From contig JAIMAT010000003.1 of the NCBI GenBank assembly GCA_023511835.1, forward strand, positions 10,933 to 74,932: DNA of 64,000 nt. Reading direction: 5' to 3'. The notes beneath the pieces are model-generated. The model ran no database searches, was not told the DNA's origin, and worked only from the letters and a program-made list of their open reading frames with translations. Source of the DNA: Bacillota bacterium (lineage in GTDB: Bacteria > Bacillota > Sulfobacillia > JAIMAT01). Made by a program: the position numbers and the translations under genes. Shown one piece after another: positions 53,597 to 64,000 of this stretch (positions are counted from its first letter, which is position 1; every line of letters starts with the position of its first letter).

Positions 53597-54489
53597 GCCG
53601 GGGGCCGCGGGCGGTCCGGTCCCAGGGAGAGGATGTAGCTCGACTCGTCCAGCTCCCCGTGCCCCTCGCGCCAGGCGCCGTAGGGCGCCTCGGCGGCCGA
53701 GGCCAGCGGCACGGGCTGCTCCAGCTCGCGGGCCAGCTCCAGCGCCAGCTCCAGGTCCTTGAAGCGGTTGGCCACGGAGAAGCCGGGCCGGAAGCCCTCT
53801 CGCCCGAAGCGCTCCAGCATCTTGTCCAGCTCGTAGCTGGCGGCCGAGCCGTTCTGCATCACCTCGGCCAGCGCCTCCAGGCCCAGGCCGGCGCGCAGCC
53901 CCAGCTGGATCCCCTCCGCCGAGGCCATGAGCGTCAGGCAGGAGACGAGGTTGGAGACGGCCTTCAGTGCCTGCCCCTGGCCGGTCTCGCCCACGCGGAG
54001 GATGCGCCGCCCGGTCCTGCGCAGAAGGGGCAGGGCGCGCCGGTAGGCTTCCTCCGGACCGCCCACCATGATGGTCAGCCGCGCCTCGCGGGCGCCCACG
54101 TCGCCGCCCGTCACCGGCGCGTCGCACCAGGCGGCGCCGCGGCGCGCCGCCTCCGCCGCCAGCTCCAGCGTCAGGCGGCGGGAGACGGTGGAGTGGTCAA
54201 CCACCAGACTCCCCGGGCCGAGTCCGGCCAGGAAGCCCTCCCCACCCGTGGCGACGGCGCGCAGCGCGGCGTCGTCGCTGACCATGGTGAAGACGAACTC
54301 CGCGCCCTCGGCCGCCGCGCGGGGGGTGGCCGCCACGCGCGCCCCCGCCGCCGCCAGCGGCTCGGCGCGGCCGGGCGTCCGGTTGTAGACCGTCAGCTCC
54401 ACCTCCGGCGGTTCCGGGCCGCGCAGCAGGTTGAGCGCCATGGCCTGGCCCATGATGCCCAGGCCGATAAAGGCCGCGCGCACGCTCAC
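53593..54489 (-). CDS. NAD-binding 3-hydroxyisobutyrate / 2-hydroxy-3-oxopropionate reductase family dehydrogenase
   Basis: Minus-strand translation [22 protein letters not shown]... (Rossmann motif). GTG start at 54489 is preceded by GGTGGAGAGGG. The 3' end converges on and overlaps the methyltransferase stop. Confidence 0.85.
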   Translation of the reverse strand: MSVRAAFIGLGIMGQAMALNLLRGPEPPEVELTVYNRTPGRAEPLAAAGARVAATPRAAAEGAEFVFTMVSDDAALRAVATGGEGFLAGLGPGSLVVDHSTVSRRLTLELAAEAARRGAAWCDAPVTGGDVGAREARLTIMVGGPEEAYRRALPLLRRTGRRILRVGETGQGQALKAVSNLVSCLTLMASAEGIQLGLRAGLGLEALAEVMQNGSAASYELDKMLERFGREGFRPGFSVANRFKDLELALELARELEQPVPLASAAEAPYGAWREGHGELDESSYILSLGPDRPRPPA

Positions 54490-56717
54490 GCCCTCTCCAC
54501 CCCCGTCTCCCCCCCGGCCGGCAGGCCGAGCGGCAGGCCCAGCTGCCAGCCCAGGAAGCTCCAGATGTCGGCCTCCTCCTCGATCACCTTCTGCACCGGC
54601 TTGCCCGCGCCGTGGCCCGCCTCCGCCTCCAGGCGGAGGAGGACGGGCCGCTCCGGCGCGGTCGGCGCCGCCGCCCCCGCCTGGCCGGTCACCTCCTGCA
54701 GGCGGGCCGCCATCTTGCGCGCGTGGAGCGGGTCGACGCGCGTGTCCGACTCGGCCGCGTAGAGAAGGACGGCCGGATAGCGCCGCCCCTCGCGCACGCG
54801 GTGGTAGGGCGAGTAGCCCCAGAGCCAGCGGAACGCCTCGGGGTCGTCGGCGGAGCCGTACTCGGGGATCCAGAGGGCGGCGATGCGGAAGCGGTGGTAG
54901 CGGAGCATGTCCAGCAGGGGCACGCCCGAGACCACCGCCCTCCAGAGGTCGGGCCGGCGCGTCAGCGCCGCCCCGGTGAGAAGACCGCCGTTGGAGCGCC
55001 CGAAGGCGCCCAGCCGCTCGGGGCTGGTGTACCGCGCCCGGATGAGGAACTCGGCCGCGGCCACGAAGTCGTCGAAGACGTTGGTCTTGTTCCCCAGCAT
55101 GCCGGCTTGGTGCCAGCCCTCGCCGTACTCGCCGCCGCCGCGCAGGCAGGCCATCGCCCAGAGGCCCCCGGCCTCGAGCCAGGGGATCACCTGGGGGCGG
55201 TACTGGGGCGTCATGCTGACGCCGAAGCCGCCGTAGCCGGTGAGGACGGCCGGCCGCCGGCCGTCGCGGGGCAGGTCGCGGCGGTGGACCAGAAAGACCG
55301 GGATGCGGGTGCCGTCGCGCGATGTGCAGAAGGCCTGGCGGGCGACGAAGGCTTCCTCGTCGAAGGGCGCCTCCGGGCCGATCCAGCGCTCCAGCGCCTC
55401 CCCCTCCGGCCCGAGGCGCCAGACGGCGGGAGGGCGCAGGAAGGATTCCACCAGCGCCACCAGCTCCGGACCGCCCTCCGGCGCCGACGGGTCGGCCTCG
55501 CCTTCCAGGGCGGCGACGGAGGCGAGCGGCGGCAGCCCAAGCTCGTGCCGCGGGCCGCCTCCGGCGGGGAGCAGCCAGAGGCGTGAGACCGCATCCTCCA
55601 GCACGAGCACGGCGACGCCCCGCCGCACGGGGGCGAAGCCGGCCAGCGTGCCCGCTCCGGGCTCCGGCAGCAGCTCGGTCCACTCCTCCACCGGCCTCCC
55701 GGCCAGCGCCTCGGCGGCGGCCACGCGCAGCAGGCGGTAGCGGGGCGCACCCAGGTTGGTCAGCACCAGCAACTGCTCCTCCGCGGCGCCGCCCCAGCCG
55801 GCCGGTGTGAAGCGGGCCTGGAAGAGCGCCTCCTGCCCGCGCACCAGCGGCACGAAACGGGGGGCGTCCGGCCTCGCTTCCGTCCCTTCGGCGGCGCGCT
55901 CGGCCATCCAGAGCTCGTTCCGGCTCCAGCCCAACTGGACGACGGCGAGGAGGAAGCGGCCCGAGGGCGAGAGCGCCACCTCCAGCATGGCCTCGCGCGG
56001 CAGGTCCGCGCCGAAGACCGGCTCGTCCTCCTCCGCCGGCCGGCCGAGCCGGTGGTGGTAGAGGCGCGGGTGGTAGTACGCCTCCTCGGCTCCCACCTCG
56101 GCCGGGTCGGGGTGGCGCGTGTAGTAGAATCCGCCGCCGTCAGGCTCCCAGGCGAGGCTGGCGTGGGGCGTCCGCGGGATGGCTTCCTCGAGCCGCCGGC
56201 CGCTCTCCACCTCCACCACGTGCAGCGTGCTCCACTCGTCCCCGCCCGCCGAGAGGCCGAAGGCGACCAGGCGCCCGTCGGGCGAGGGGTACCACCAGTC
56301 GATGGCCACCAGTCCCCGCTCGTCCTCGCGGGAGGGATCGACCAGGAGCCGCTCCTCCGCCTCCGTCCCGCCGGCCGCCGGACGGACCACCAGCGCAGGC
56401 TGGGGCGCCCCCGGCCTCCGCCGCAAAAAGAAGAGCCGTCCGCCGGCCAGCCTGGGCCCACCCACGGCGCCGGCGGCGTACAGCTCCTCCAGCCTCCGGC
56501 GCAGGGCGGGACGCCAGGGGAGGGCGTCCAGCACCGCCCGCGTCCGTCGCGTCTGCGCCTCGTCCCACGCCCGGACGCGGGGGTCGTCGCCCGCCTCCAG
56601 CCAGCGGTAGGGATCGGGTACGCGCACGCCGTGCAGGAGATCGATGATCTCTTCCCTGGGAGTCTCCGGCGCCGGGGGCACCGGGACGGGGGGATGCCCG
56701 GGGAGCTCTTCTGCCAA
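54486..56717 (-). CDS. Prolyl oligopeptidase (S9A prolyl endopeptidase)
   Basis: 743 aa. N-terminus VPDPYRWLE, a beta-propeller, and a catalytic domain with GRSNGGLL (GxSxGG). The stop overlaps the start of the downstream dehydrogenase by 4 nt. Confidence 0.9.
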   Translation of the reverse strand: MAEELPGHPPVPVPPAPETPREEIIDLLHGVRVPDPYRWLEAGDDPRVRAWDEAQTRRTRAVLDALPWRPALRRRLEELYAAGAVGGPRLAGGRLFFLRRRPGAPQPALVVRPAAGGTEAEERLLVDPSREDERGLVAIDWWYPSPDGRLVAFGLSAGGDEWSTLHVVEVESGRRLEEAIPRTPHASLAWEPDGGGFYYTRHPDPAEVGAEEAYYHPRLYHHRLGRPAEEDEPVFGADLPREAMLEVALSPSGRFLLAVVQLGWSRNELWMAERAAEGTEARPDAPRFVPLVRGQEALFQARFTPAGWGGAAEEQLLVLTNLGAPRYRLLRVAAAEALAGRPVEEWTELLPEPGAGTLAGFAPVRRGVAVLVLEDAVSRLWLLPAGGGPRHELGLPPLASVAALEGEADPSAPEGGPELVALVESFLRPPAVWRLGPEGEALERWIGPEAPFDEEAFVARQAFCTSRDGTRIPVFLVHRRDLPRDGRRPAVLTGYGGFGVSMTPQYRPQVIPWLEAGGLWAMACLRGGGEYGEGWHQAGMLGNKTNVFDDFVAAAEFLIRARYTSPERLGAFGRSNGGLLTGAALTRRPDLWRAVVSGVPLLDMLRYHRFRIAALWIPEYGSADDPEAFRWLWGYSPYHRVREGRRYPAVLLYAAESDTRVDPLHARKMAARLQEVTGQAGAAAPTAPERPVLLRLEAEAGHGAGKPVQKVIEEEADIWSFLGWQLGLPLGLPAGGETGVERA

Positions 56718-56934
56718 CCGATCCGCCTCCGTCTCCGGAGTCTACCGCGCGGGACCGGGCGCGCACAGGAGGGCCGCCTTCCGCCGGGCGCACCGGTCGC
56801 AGACCCTAGGCCGGTACCGCGACCCTACGGTTCCGCACCCGATTCGACAGCCCGGGAGCGGGGCTATACAGGGTTGGTGAGAGTCGCCGCCGTCCCTCCG
56901 GGCGGCGGGCAGAATCGAGAAGGAGGCGCTCCGC

Positions 56935-57507
56935 ATGGAGGCGACGAGGCAGGTCTGGTGGAGGCGGATCCTCTGGGACCGCGCCTTCTCCTGGGTCTGG
57001 CTGCTGGTCCGCGTCTACGTGGGCTGGGAGTGGCTGAACGCCGGCTGGGCCAAGATCTCCGGCGAGGAGGCCGGCTTCTGGGGGGCGGGCGCGGGCAAGG
57101 CCATGGCCGGCTACTGGACCAAGGCGGCCGGCCTGCTGGTGGGTCCCGACGGCAAGCCGGTGCAGGGATCGGCCTTCTGGTGGTATCGCGACTTCCTCAA
57201 GTTCCTGCTGGCCACCCACTCCCAGGTCTGGTTCTCCTACTTCATCTCGGCGGCGGAACTGCTGGTCGGGCTCGCGCTGATCCTGGGCTTCCTGACGCCC
57301 ATCGCGGCCGCGGGCGCGGCGCTGATGAACCTCAACTACCTGCTGGCCGGCTCGGCCAGCGTCAACGGATGGCTCTACACGCTGGCCATCCTCATCCTCG
57401 TGGCCGGGACCAACGCCGGCTCGCTGGGCGTCGACCGCTGGCTCTGGCCGGCGCTCTTCGGCCGTCGCCGCGCGGAGGCCGGCGCGGCGGCCGCGGGAGG
57501 CCGCTGA
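56935..57507 (+). CDS. DoxX-family membrane protein
   Basis: 190-aa protein with four TM helices, WVWLLVRVYVGWEWLNAGWAKI... Confidence 0.75.
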   Translation: MEATRQVWWRRILWDRAFSWVWLLVRVYVGWEWLNAGWAKISGEEAGFWGAGAGKAMAGYWTKAAGLLVGPDGKPVQGSAFWWYRDFLKFLLATHSQVWFSYFISAAELLVGLALILGFLTPIAAAGAALMNLNYLLAGSASVNGWLYTLAILILVAGTNAGSLGVDRWLWPALFGRRRAEAGAAAAGGR

Positions 57508-57541
57508 CCGCCTCAAGCCGCGAACTGGGACCTCGACCCGG

Positions 57542-57574
57542 AAGCCCGGCGCCCGGCGGCGCCGGGCTTTCTCC
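57542..57574 (+). terminator. Rho-independent terminator after the DoxX gene
   Basis: 12-bp stem AAGCCCGGCGCC-cggc-GGCGCCGGGCTT followed by TCTCC. Confidence 0.6.
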
Positions 57575-57708
57575 GTCCCTGCCGCCACGGCAGCTCTCTC
57601 CCGTCGCGCGGGAAGCGGGCGGCGGTCCGCTTCCGGCCGGCCGCGGGAGGAGCGGCGTGCCAAGGGCGCGAAGAGGGGGCAGCGGCGCTTGCAACCGATT
57701 GCAGGGAG

Positions 57709-58788
57709 GTGGGGCCGATGCCGCGGGACGCGCGGGTGGAGGCGGCCGTCGCCCACTGGGGGCCGCGCTTCGTCGCCAACGGGGTGGAGCCGGACGACTT
57801 CCGGCGGATCACCGCCTCGCTGGAGCGCTGGGACGACTGGTGCCGGGCATGGAGCCGGGCGGCGGAGGAGGTGGAGCGCCTTGCCGGGGCGGCGGAGGGT
57901 GCGGGGCGGTGGCGGGCCGCCGGCCAGCTCTGGTTCCGCGCTTCGCTCTACCACCACTTCGGCAAGTTCCTCTTCGTCCACCGGCGCGAGGAGCAGCGCG
58001 CGGCCCACGAGCGGGCGGTGGCCGACTTCCTCCGCGCCGCGCCCTGGCTCGACCCGCCCGTCGAGCGGGTGGAGATCCCCTACGAGGGCCGGCGGCTGGC
58101 CGCCCTCCTGCACCGGCCGGCGGGCCTTCCCCGGCCGCCCGTGGTCCTCCTCTTCCCGGGCCTGGACTCCGTCAAGGAGGAGCTGACCGCCTACGCCCGC
58201 GAGCTGGTCGCCCGCGGCATGGCCGCGCTGGCCGTCGACGGGCCCGGGCAGGGCGAGACGGAGTGGGAGCATCCCATCGAGCCGCGCTACGAGCGGGTGG
58301 CCGCCGCCCTCCTGGAGTGGGTGCGCGAGCGTCCGGATCTCGACGGCGGCCGGGTGGGGGTGTTGGGCGTCAGCCTGGGCGGCTTCTTCGCGGCGCGGGC
58401 GGCCGCCTTCACGCCCGGACTGCGGGCGGCGGTGGTGCTGGGCGGCGGCTACGACGTCGCCTCGCACTGGGAGGGGCTGAGCGAGCGGACGCGCCTGGCG
58501 TACACCGTCCGCCAGGGCGCTTCCACGCTCGAGGAAGGGCGCGAGCTCGCTCGCCGGATCACGCTGCGGGACGCGGCGGCGGAGATCGGTATACCCCTCC
58601 TGGTGATCCACGGCAAGCGCGACCGCATCATCCCCTGGGAAGAGGCGGTCCGCCTCCACGAGGAAGCGCGCGGCCCCAAGGAGCTTTGGCTCTTCGAGGA
58701 AGGGAACCACGTCTGCAACAACATCCCCTACCGCCACCGCCCGCAGATGGCCGACTGGCTGGCGGAGCGGCTGGGTGCGCGCGGTTGA
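57709..58788 (+). CDS. Alpha/beta-fold hydrolase (dienelactone-hydrolase / 2,6-dihydroxypseudooxynicotine-hydrolase-like)
   Basis: VLGVSLGGFFAARAAAF (GxSxG nucleophile elbow) and ...IHGKRDRIIPWEEA... The ATG at 57718 is an alternative start. Confidence 0.8.
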   Translation: MGPMPRDARVEAAVAHWGPRFVANGVEPDDFRRITASLERWDDWCRAWSRAAEEVERLAGAAEGAGRWRAAGQLWFRASLYHHFGKFLFVHRREEQRAAHERAVADFLRAAPWLDPPVERVEIPYEGRRLAALLHRPAGLPRPPVVLLFPGLDSVKEELTAYARELVARGMAALAVDGPGQGETEWEHPIEPRYERVAAALLEWVRERPDLDGGRVGVLGVSLGGFFAARAAAFTPGLRAAVVLGGGYDVASHWEGLSERTRLAYTVRQGASTLEEGRELARRITLRDAAAEIGIPLLVIHGKRDRIIPWEEAVRLHEEARGPKELWLFEEGNHVCNNIPYRHRPQMADWLAERLGARG

Positions 58789-58793
58789 CGGGC

Positions 58794-59198
58794 TCAGAGG
58801 CGGAAGAAGCGCCGGGCGTTCTCGCCCAGCACCGCCTCTGCCTCCCCGCTGAAGAGGCGGCGGATCTGGGCGACCGGATCGGGCGGCTCCATGTCGAAGG
58901 GGTAGTCGGTGCCCAGGAGGAGCCGCTCCGTCCCCACCCGGGCCGCCAGCGCCGCCAGGAGGCCGTCGTCGTAGAGCAGGGTGTCGTAGGCGAAGCGGCC
59001 GAGAAAGGCGGAGGGCGGCTCGGCCACGGTCTGCGCCTCGGCGCGCACGCGCCAGCCGTGGTCCAGGCGTCCGCTGGCCAGCGGGAAGTAGCCGCCGCCA
59101 TGGACCAGGAGCAGGCGGAGGCGCGGGTGGCGCTCCAGCACCCCGCCCAGCACCAGGGCGGAGGCGGCCAGCGTCGTTTCGAAGGGGTCTGCAACTGC
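58794..59198 (-). pseudogene. Amidohydrolase-2 (ACMSD-like decarboxylase/hydratase family) gene, C-terminal fragment; the gene is split by the IS607 insertion
   Basis: Minus-strand translation ...DPFETTLAASALVLGGVLERHPRLRLLLVHGGGYFPLASGRLDHGW...LLLGTDYPFDM... Homology ends at about 59198, where AT-richer IS-end DNA begins. Confidence 0.8.
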
Positions 59199-59244
59199 TG
59201 GAGAGTTTCTCCTTACGTCTCCAATTTTGTAGTATTCTGTCCCC

Positions 59245-59820
59245 ATGAAGCTCTCCGAATGGGCGAGGCTCAACGGCGTTTCCTACAAGACGGCCTGGCT
59301 CTGGTTCAAGAAGGGCATCCTGCCGGTTCCGGCCCGGCAGCTTCCGACCGGCACCATTCTGGTCGACGCGTCGGAACGAGCGGAGAGGGGTGCGGTGCTT
59401 TACGCCCGCGTCTCGTCCGCCGACCAGAAGGCCGACCTGGACCGGCAGGTGGCGCGGCTCGCGGCCTTCTCGGCGGAAAAGGGGATCAAGGTCGCCAGGG
59501 TAGTTGCCGAGGTGGGAAGCGGGCTGAACGGCCACCGGAAGGGCCTGATCTCGGCGCTGCGCTCGCCCGAGTACGGGGCCATCATCGTCGAGCACCGGGA
59601 CAGGCTGGCGCGGTTCGGATCGGAATACATCGAGGCCGCGCTGGCCGCGTCGGGGCGGCGGCTGATCGTGATGGAGCCGGACGAGAGGAAAGACGACCTA
59701 ATGCAGGACATGATCGACGTGCTGACGAGCCTCTGCGCGAGGCTCTATGGCCGCCGCTCGGCCCGGCGGCGGGCGGAGCGGGCGGTCCAGTGCGCCCAGG
59801 AGGAGATGCCGCCCGCATGA
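59245..59820 (+). CDS. tnpA: IS607-family transposase TnpA (MerR-like HTH plus serine recombinase/resolvase catalytic domain)
   Basis: MKLSEWARLNGVSYKTAWLWFKKGILP (MerR-type HTH) and LYARVSSADQKADLDRQ (catalytic serine motif). Confidence 0.9.
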   Translation: MKLSEWARLNGVSYKTAWLWFKKGILPVPARQLPTGTILVDASERAERGAVLYARVSSADQKADLDRQVARLAAFSAEKGIKVARVVAEVGSGLNGHRKGLISALRSPEYGAIIVEHRDRLARFGSEYIEAALAASGRRLIVMEPDERKDDLMQDMIDVLTSLCARLYGRRSARRRAERAVQCAQEEMPPA

Positions 59821-61073
59821 GGATGTACCAGGCCTTCCGCTTCGCGCTGGATCCTTCTCCTCGCGCGGCCAGGATGCTGGCGTCGCACGCCGGCGCGCGC
59901 CGCTTTGTCTTCAACTGGGGCCTTGCGCTTGTGAAGGAGCGCCTCGATGCCCGCCGCCGGGGCGAGGCGGTGGAGGTGCCCTGGACGCTTCCGGCCCTCC
60001 GCCGGGAGTGGAACCGGCAGAAGGAGGCTGTGGCCCCCTGGTGGCGGGAGAACTCGAAGGAGGCGTACTCCTCGGGACTCGAAGGCTTGGCGAGGGCGCT
60101 CCGGGCGTGGTCGGAGAGCCGGAGAGGACGGCGCAAAGGTCGCAGGGTGGGCTTCCCCCGCTTCCGAAAGAAGGGCCGTGGCCGGGAGTCGGTCGGCTTC
60201 ACGACCGGCGCGATCCGGGTGGACGACAAAAGCCACGTCGTCCTGCCCAGGATCGGCCGGGTGCGGACGCACGAGCCGACGACGGCGCTCCTGGCGAGGA
60301 TCGAGGCGGGGGAGGCCCGCATCCTGCGCGCCACCGTCTCCCGAGAGGGCGGGCGGTGGTTCGTGAGCTTCACCTGCGAGGTGGAGCGAGTTCCGGGCCG
60401 GCCCAAGTGGCCGGACGCCATCGTCGGGGTGGACACGGGGATCCGGCACCTGGCCGTTCTTTCGACGGGCGATAGCGTGCCGAACCCGCGGCCGCTGGAG
60501 AAGGCGCTCAGGAAGCTCGCCCGACTGAACCGGGAGCTGGCGCGGCGGAGACCGGGGAGCCGGAACCGGGAGGAGACGGGACGGCAGCTCACCCGGGCGC
60601 ACGCGCTGGTGGCCCACATCCGCCGGGATGCCATGCACAAGCTGACGCACCATCTGGCTACCAGCTACGGGACGGTGGTCGTGGAGAAGCTCGGCGTCTC
60701 CGGCATGGCGCGGAACCGGCGCTTGGCACGGGCGCTCCACGACGCGGCGCTGGGCGAGCTGCGCCGACAGCTGGAGTACAAGTGCGCCTGGTATGGCTCG
60801 GAGCTGGTTGAGGCGGACCCGTTCTACCCCTCGTCCAAGCGCTGTTCGCGGTGCGGGTCGGTCAAAGAACACCTCCGTCTGAGCGAGCGTGTCTACCGCT
60901 GTGAGGCATGCGGCCTTGTGCTGGACCGGGACGAGAACGCGGCGCGGAACCTCGCGGCCCTGGTGGCCGCCGTCGCCGGGAGTGGACCGGAGACGATAAA
61001 CGCCCGCGGAGGGGACGTAAGACCCGGGATTTCCGGGCTGACCCCGATGAAGCGGGAAGCCGGCGGCGCGTGA
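59817..61073 (+). CDS. tnpB: TnpB (OrfB_IS605/IS607 family RuvC-like RNA-guided endonuclease)
   Basis: RuvC-I IVGVDTGIRHLAVLSTGD; zinc finger CSRCGSVKEH...CEACGLVLDRDENAARN with RuvC-III. 418 aa. Translated in frame with a long artefactual upstream ORF (56052-61073). Confidence 0.9.
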   Translation: MRMYQAFRFALDPSPRAARMLASHAGARRFVFNWGLALVKERLDARRRGEAVEVPWTLPALRREWNRQKEAVAPWWRENSKEAYSSGLEGLARALRAWSESRRGRRKGRRVGFPRFRKKGRGRESVGFTTGAIRVDDKSHVVLPRIGRVRTHEPTTALLARIEAGEARILRATVSREGGRWFVSFTCEVERVPGRPKWPDAIVGVDTGIRHLAVLSTGDSVPNPRPLEKALRKLARLNRELARRRPGSRNREETGRQLTRAHALVAHIRRDAMHKLTHHLATSYGTVVVEKLGVSGMARNRRLARALHDAALGELRRQLEYKCAWYGSELVEADPFYPSSKRCSRCGSVKEHLRLSERVYRCEACGLVLDRDENAARNLAALVAAVAGSGPETINARGGDVRPGISGLTPMKREAGGA

Positions 61074-61144
61074 GCGCGCAAGACCGGCGCCCCCGCCTGG
61101 TGACAGGCGGGTGCTCGGAACAGATTTCTATGGTCCGAGCAACG

Positions 61145-61723
61145 GTTGCCTAGCAGGTTGTTCAGGTAGTAGCGCCCCAGCCGCGGCGCCTGGCCCAGCG
61201 CCGGGTGGATCATCACCGCCAGCCCGAGCGCCTCCGCGGCGGCCCAGAAGGGTTCGAGCTCGCCCGCGTCCAGCTCGCGGCCGTCCACCTGCGTGCCCAC
61301 CATCACGCCCGCCGCGCCCATGGCCGCCGCCCGCTCCGCCTCCCGCGCCGCCGCCTCCGCCCAGGGCAGCGGCACCGTGGCCAGCCAGCGGAACCGCTCC
61401 GGCCGGGAGGCGGCCGCCCGCGCCAGCTCCTCGTTGGCGGCGGCGTGGTAGCGGATCGCTGCCGGGCGGGGCAGGTCGTAGCCGTAGGCCTCGGCCCAGA
61501 AGGAGAGGAGCTGGAGGTCGACGCCCAGCGCATCCATGTGCGCCAGCCGCCCCTCCAGGTCGGTCATGGCCTCGGGGAAGGGGCGCGTGGCCGAACGCGG
61601 GAAGCGCAGGCGGGGCGAACCGCCCTCCGAGAGAAGCTCCGCCTCCGGTCCCGCCTCGCCCGCGGCGACGCGCTCCAAAAGCCGGGGAGGCACGTGATGG
61701 GCATGGACGTCGATGACCAGAGC
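61145..61723 (-). pseudogene. Amidohydrolase-2 gene, N-terminal fragment (interrupted by the IS607 element)
   Basis: Minus-strand translation ...ALVIDVHAHHVPPRL...MDALGVDLQLLSF...ATVPLPWAEAAAREAERAAAMGAAGVMV...LAVMIHPALGQAPRLGRYYLNNLLGN. After this point the reading frame runs into the IS right end (RCSDHRNLF...). The N-terminal start is ambiguous. Confidence 0.75.
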
Positions 61724-61865
61724 GGCTCCCTCCCCGACTCCGCTTCGCCGTTCTGCAATCGATCTCCTCCGACCTCCCGCGGGGCAGGGGAGCGCGCGCC
61801 TCCCGTGGTATTGGCTGGCCACGAGGCTTTCGGGCCCGGTGAGAGCGCGGAGAGGGGGCGAGCGC

Positions 61866-64000
<2,135 letters not shown>

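Larger units (their letters stand above)
59196..61144 (+). mobile_element. IS607-family insertion sequence (tnpA serine recombinase plus tnpB), about 1.95 kb, inserted in the amidohydrolase-2 gene
   Basis: tnpA and tnpB ORFs overlap (ATGA). The two halves of the amidohydrolase gene flank the element, with homology ending at 59198 and resuming at 61145. The left end (59196-59244) has locally lower GC (CAATTTTGTAGTATTCTGTCC) than the host. Confidence 0.85.

Noticed and set aside
57660-57708. TTGCAAccgaTTGCAG pair of palindromic hexamers upstream of the hydrolase gene as an operator
   Set aside because: Short and imperfect. It cannot be distinguished from chance without comparative data.
56052-59816. 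The upstream 1255 codons of the 1673-aa plus-strand ORF 56052-61073
   Set aside because: Only the last 418 codons (tnpB, ATG 59817) are real. The upstream portion is antisense to the prolyl oligopeptidase and passes through unrelated genes.

Overview
This window is a very GC-rich (~70% or more) chromosomal segment from a flagellated, endospore-forming Firmicute-like organism; the conserved gene order resembles Bacillus and Clostridia. Because of the GC content, all six frames are open over long stretches, and most long ORFs in the track are artefacts. Genes were called only where the translation shows a recognisable conserved family.

Contents in order:
- A large flagellar operon: the end of fliI, then fliJ, fliK, flgD, flgE, flbD, fliL, fliM, fliY/N, fliO, fliP, fliQ, fliR, flhB, flhA, flhF and flhG, followed by a PilZ/YcgR-like brake protein and sigma-28 fliA.
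- rpsB, tsf, pyrH, frr, uppS, cdsA, dxr, rseP, ispG, proS and polC.
- Two accessory genes, a quinone oxidoreductase and an NAD-dependent epimerase.
- rimP, nusA, ylxR, ylxQ, infB, an rbfA–nrnA fusion, truB, ribF, rpsO and pnp.
- A VanW-like gene, a dimeric-dUTPase-like gene, ymxH/ylmC, a stress protein, dapB, then dpaA, dpaB, asd, the aspartokinase dapG and dapA, which match the Bacillus spoVF-asd-dapG-dapA block.
- rnj (RNase J) and a Nop2/Sun RNA methyltransferase.
- On the minus strand, a prolyl oligopeptidase and a 3-hydroxyisobutyrate-dehydrogenase-like gene.
- An accessory catabolic-looking cluster: DoxX, an alpha/beta hydrolase, an amidohydrolase-2 gene and a molybdenum-hydroxylase large subunit.

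The most notable things are:
- An IS607-family element (serine-recombinase TnpA plus RuvC-type TnpB) inserted into, and splitting, the amidohydrolase-2 gene.
- A PolC that cleanly lacks the proofreading exonuclease domain.
- An in-frame rbfA–nrnA fusion.
- Several conserved genes (flhB, rnj, the vanW-like gene, the amidohydrolase) whose conserved N-termini are encoded upstream of any canonical start codon.
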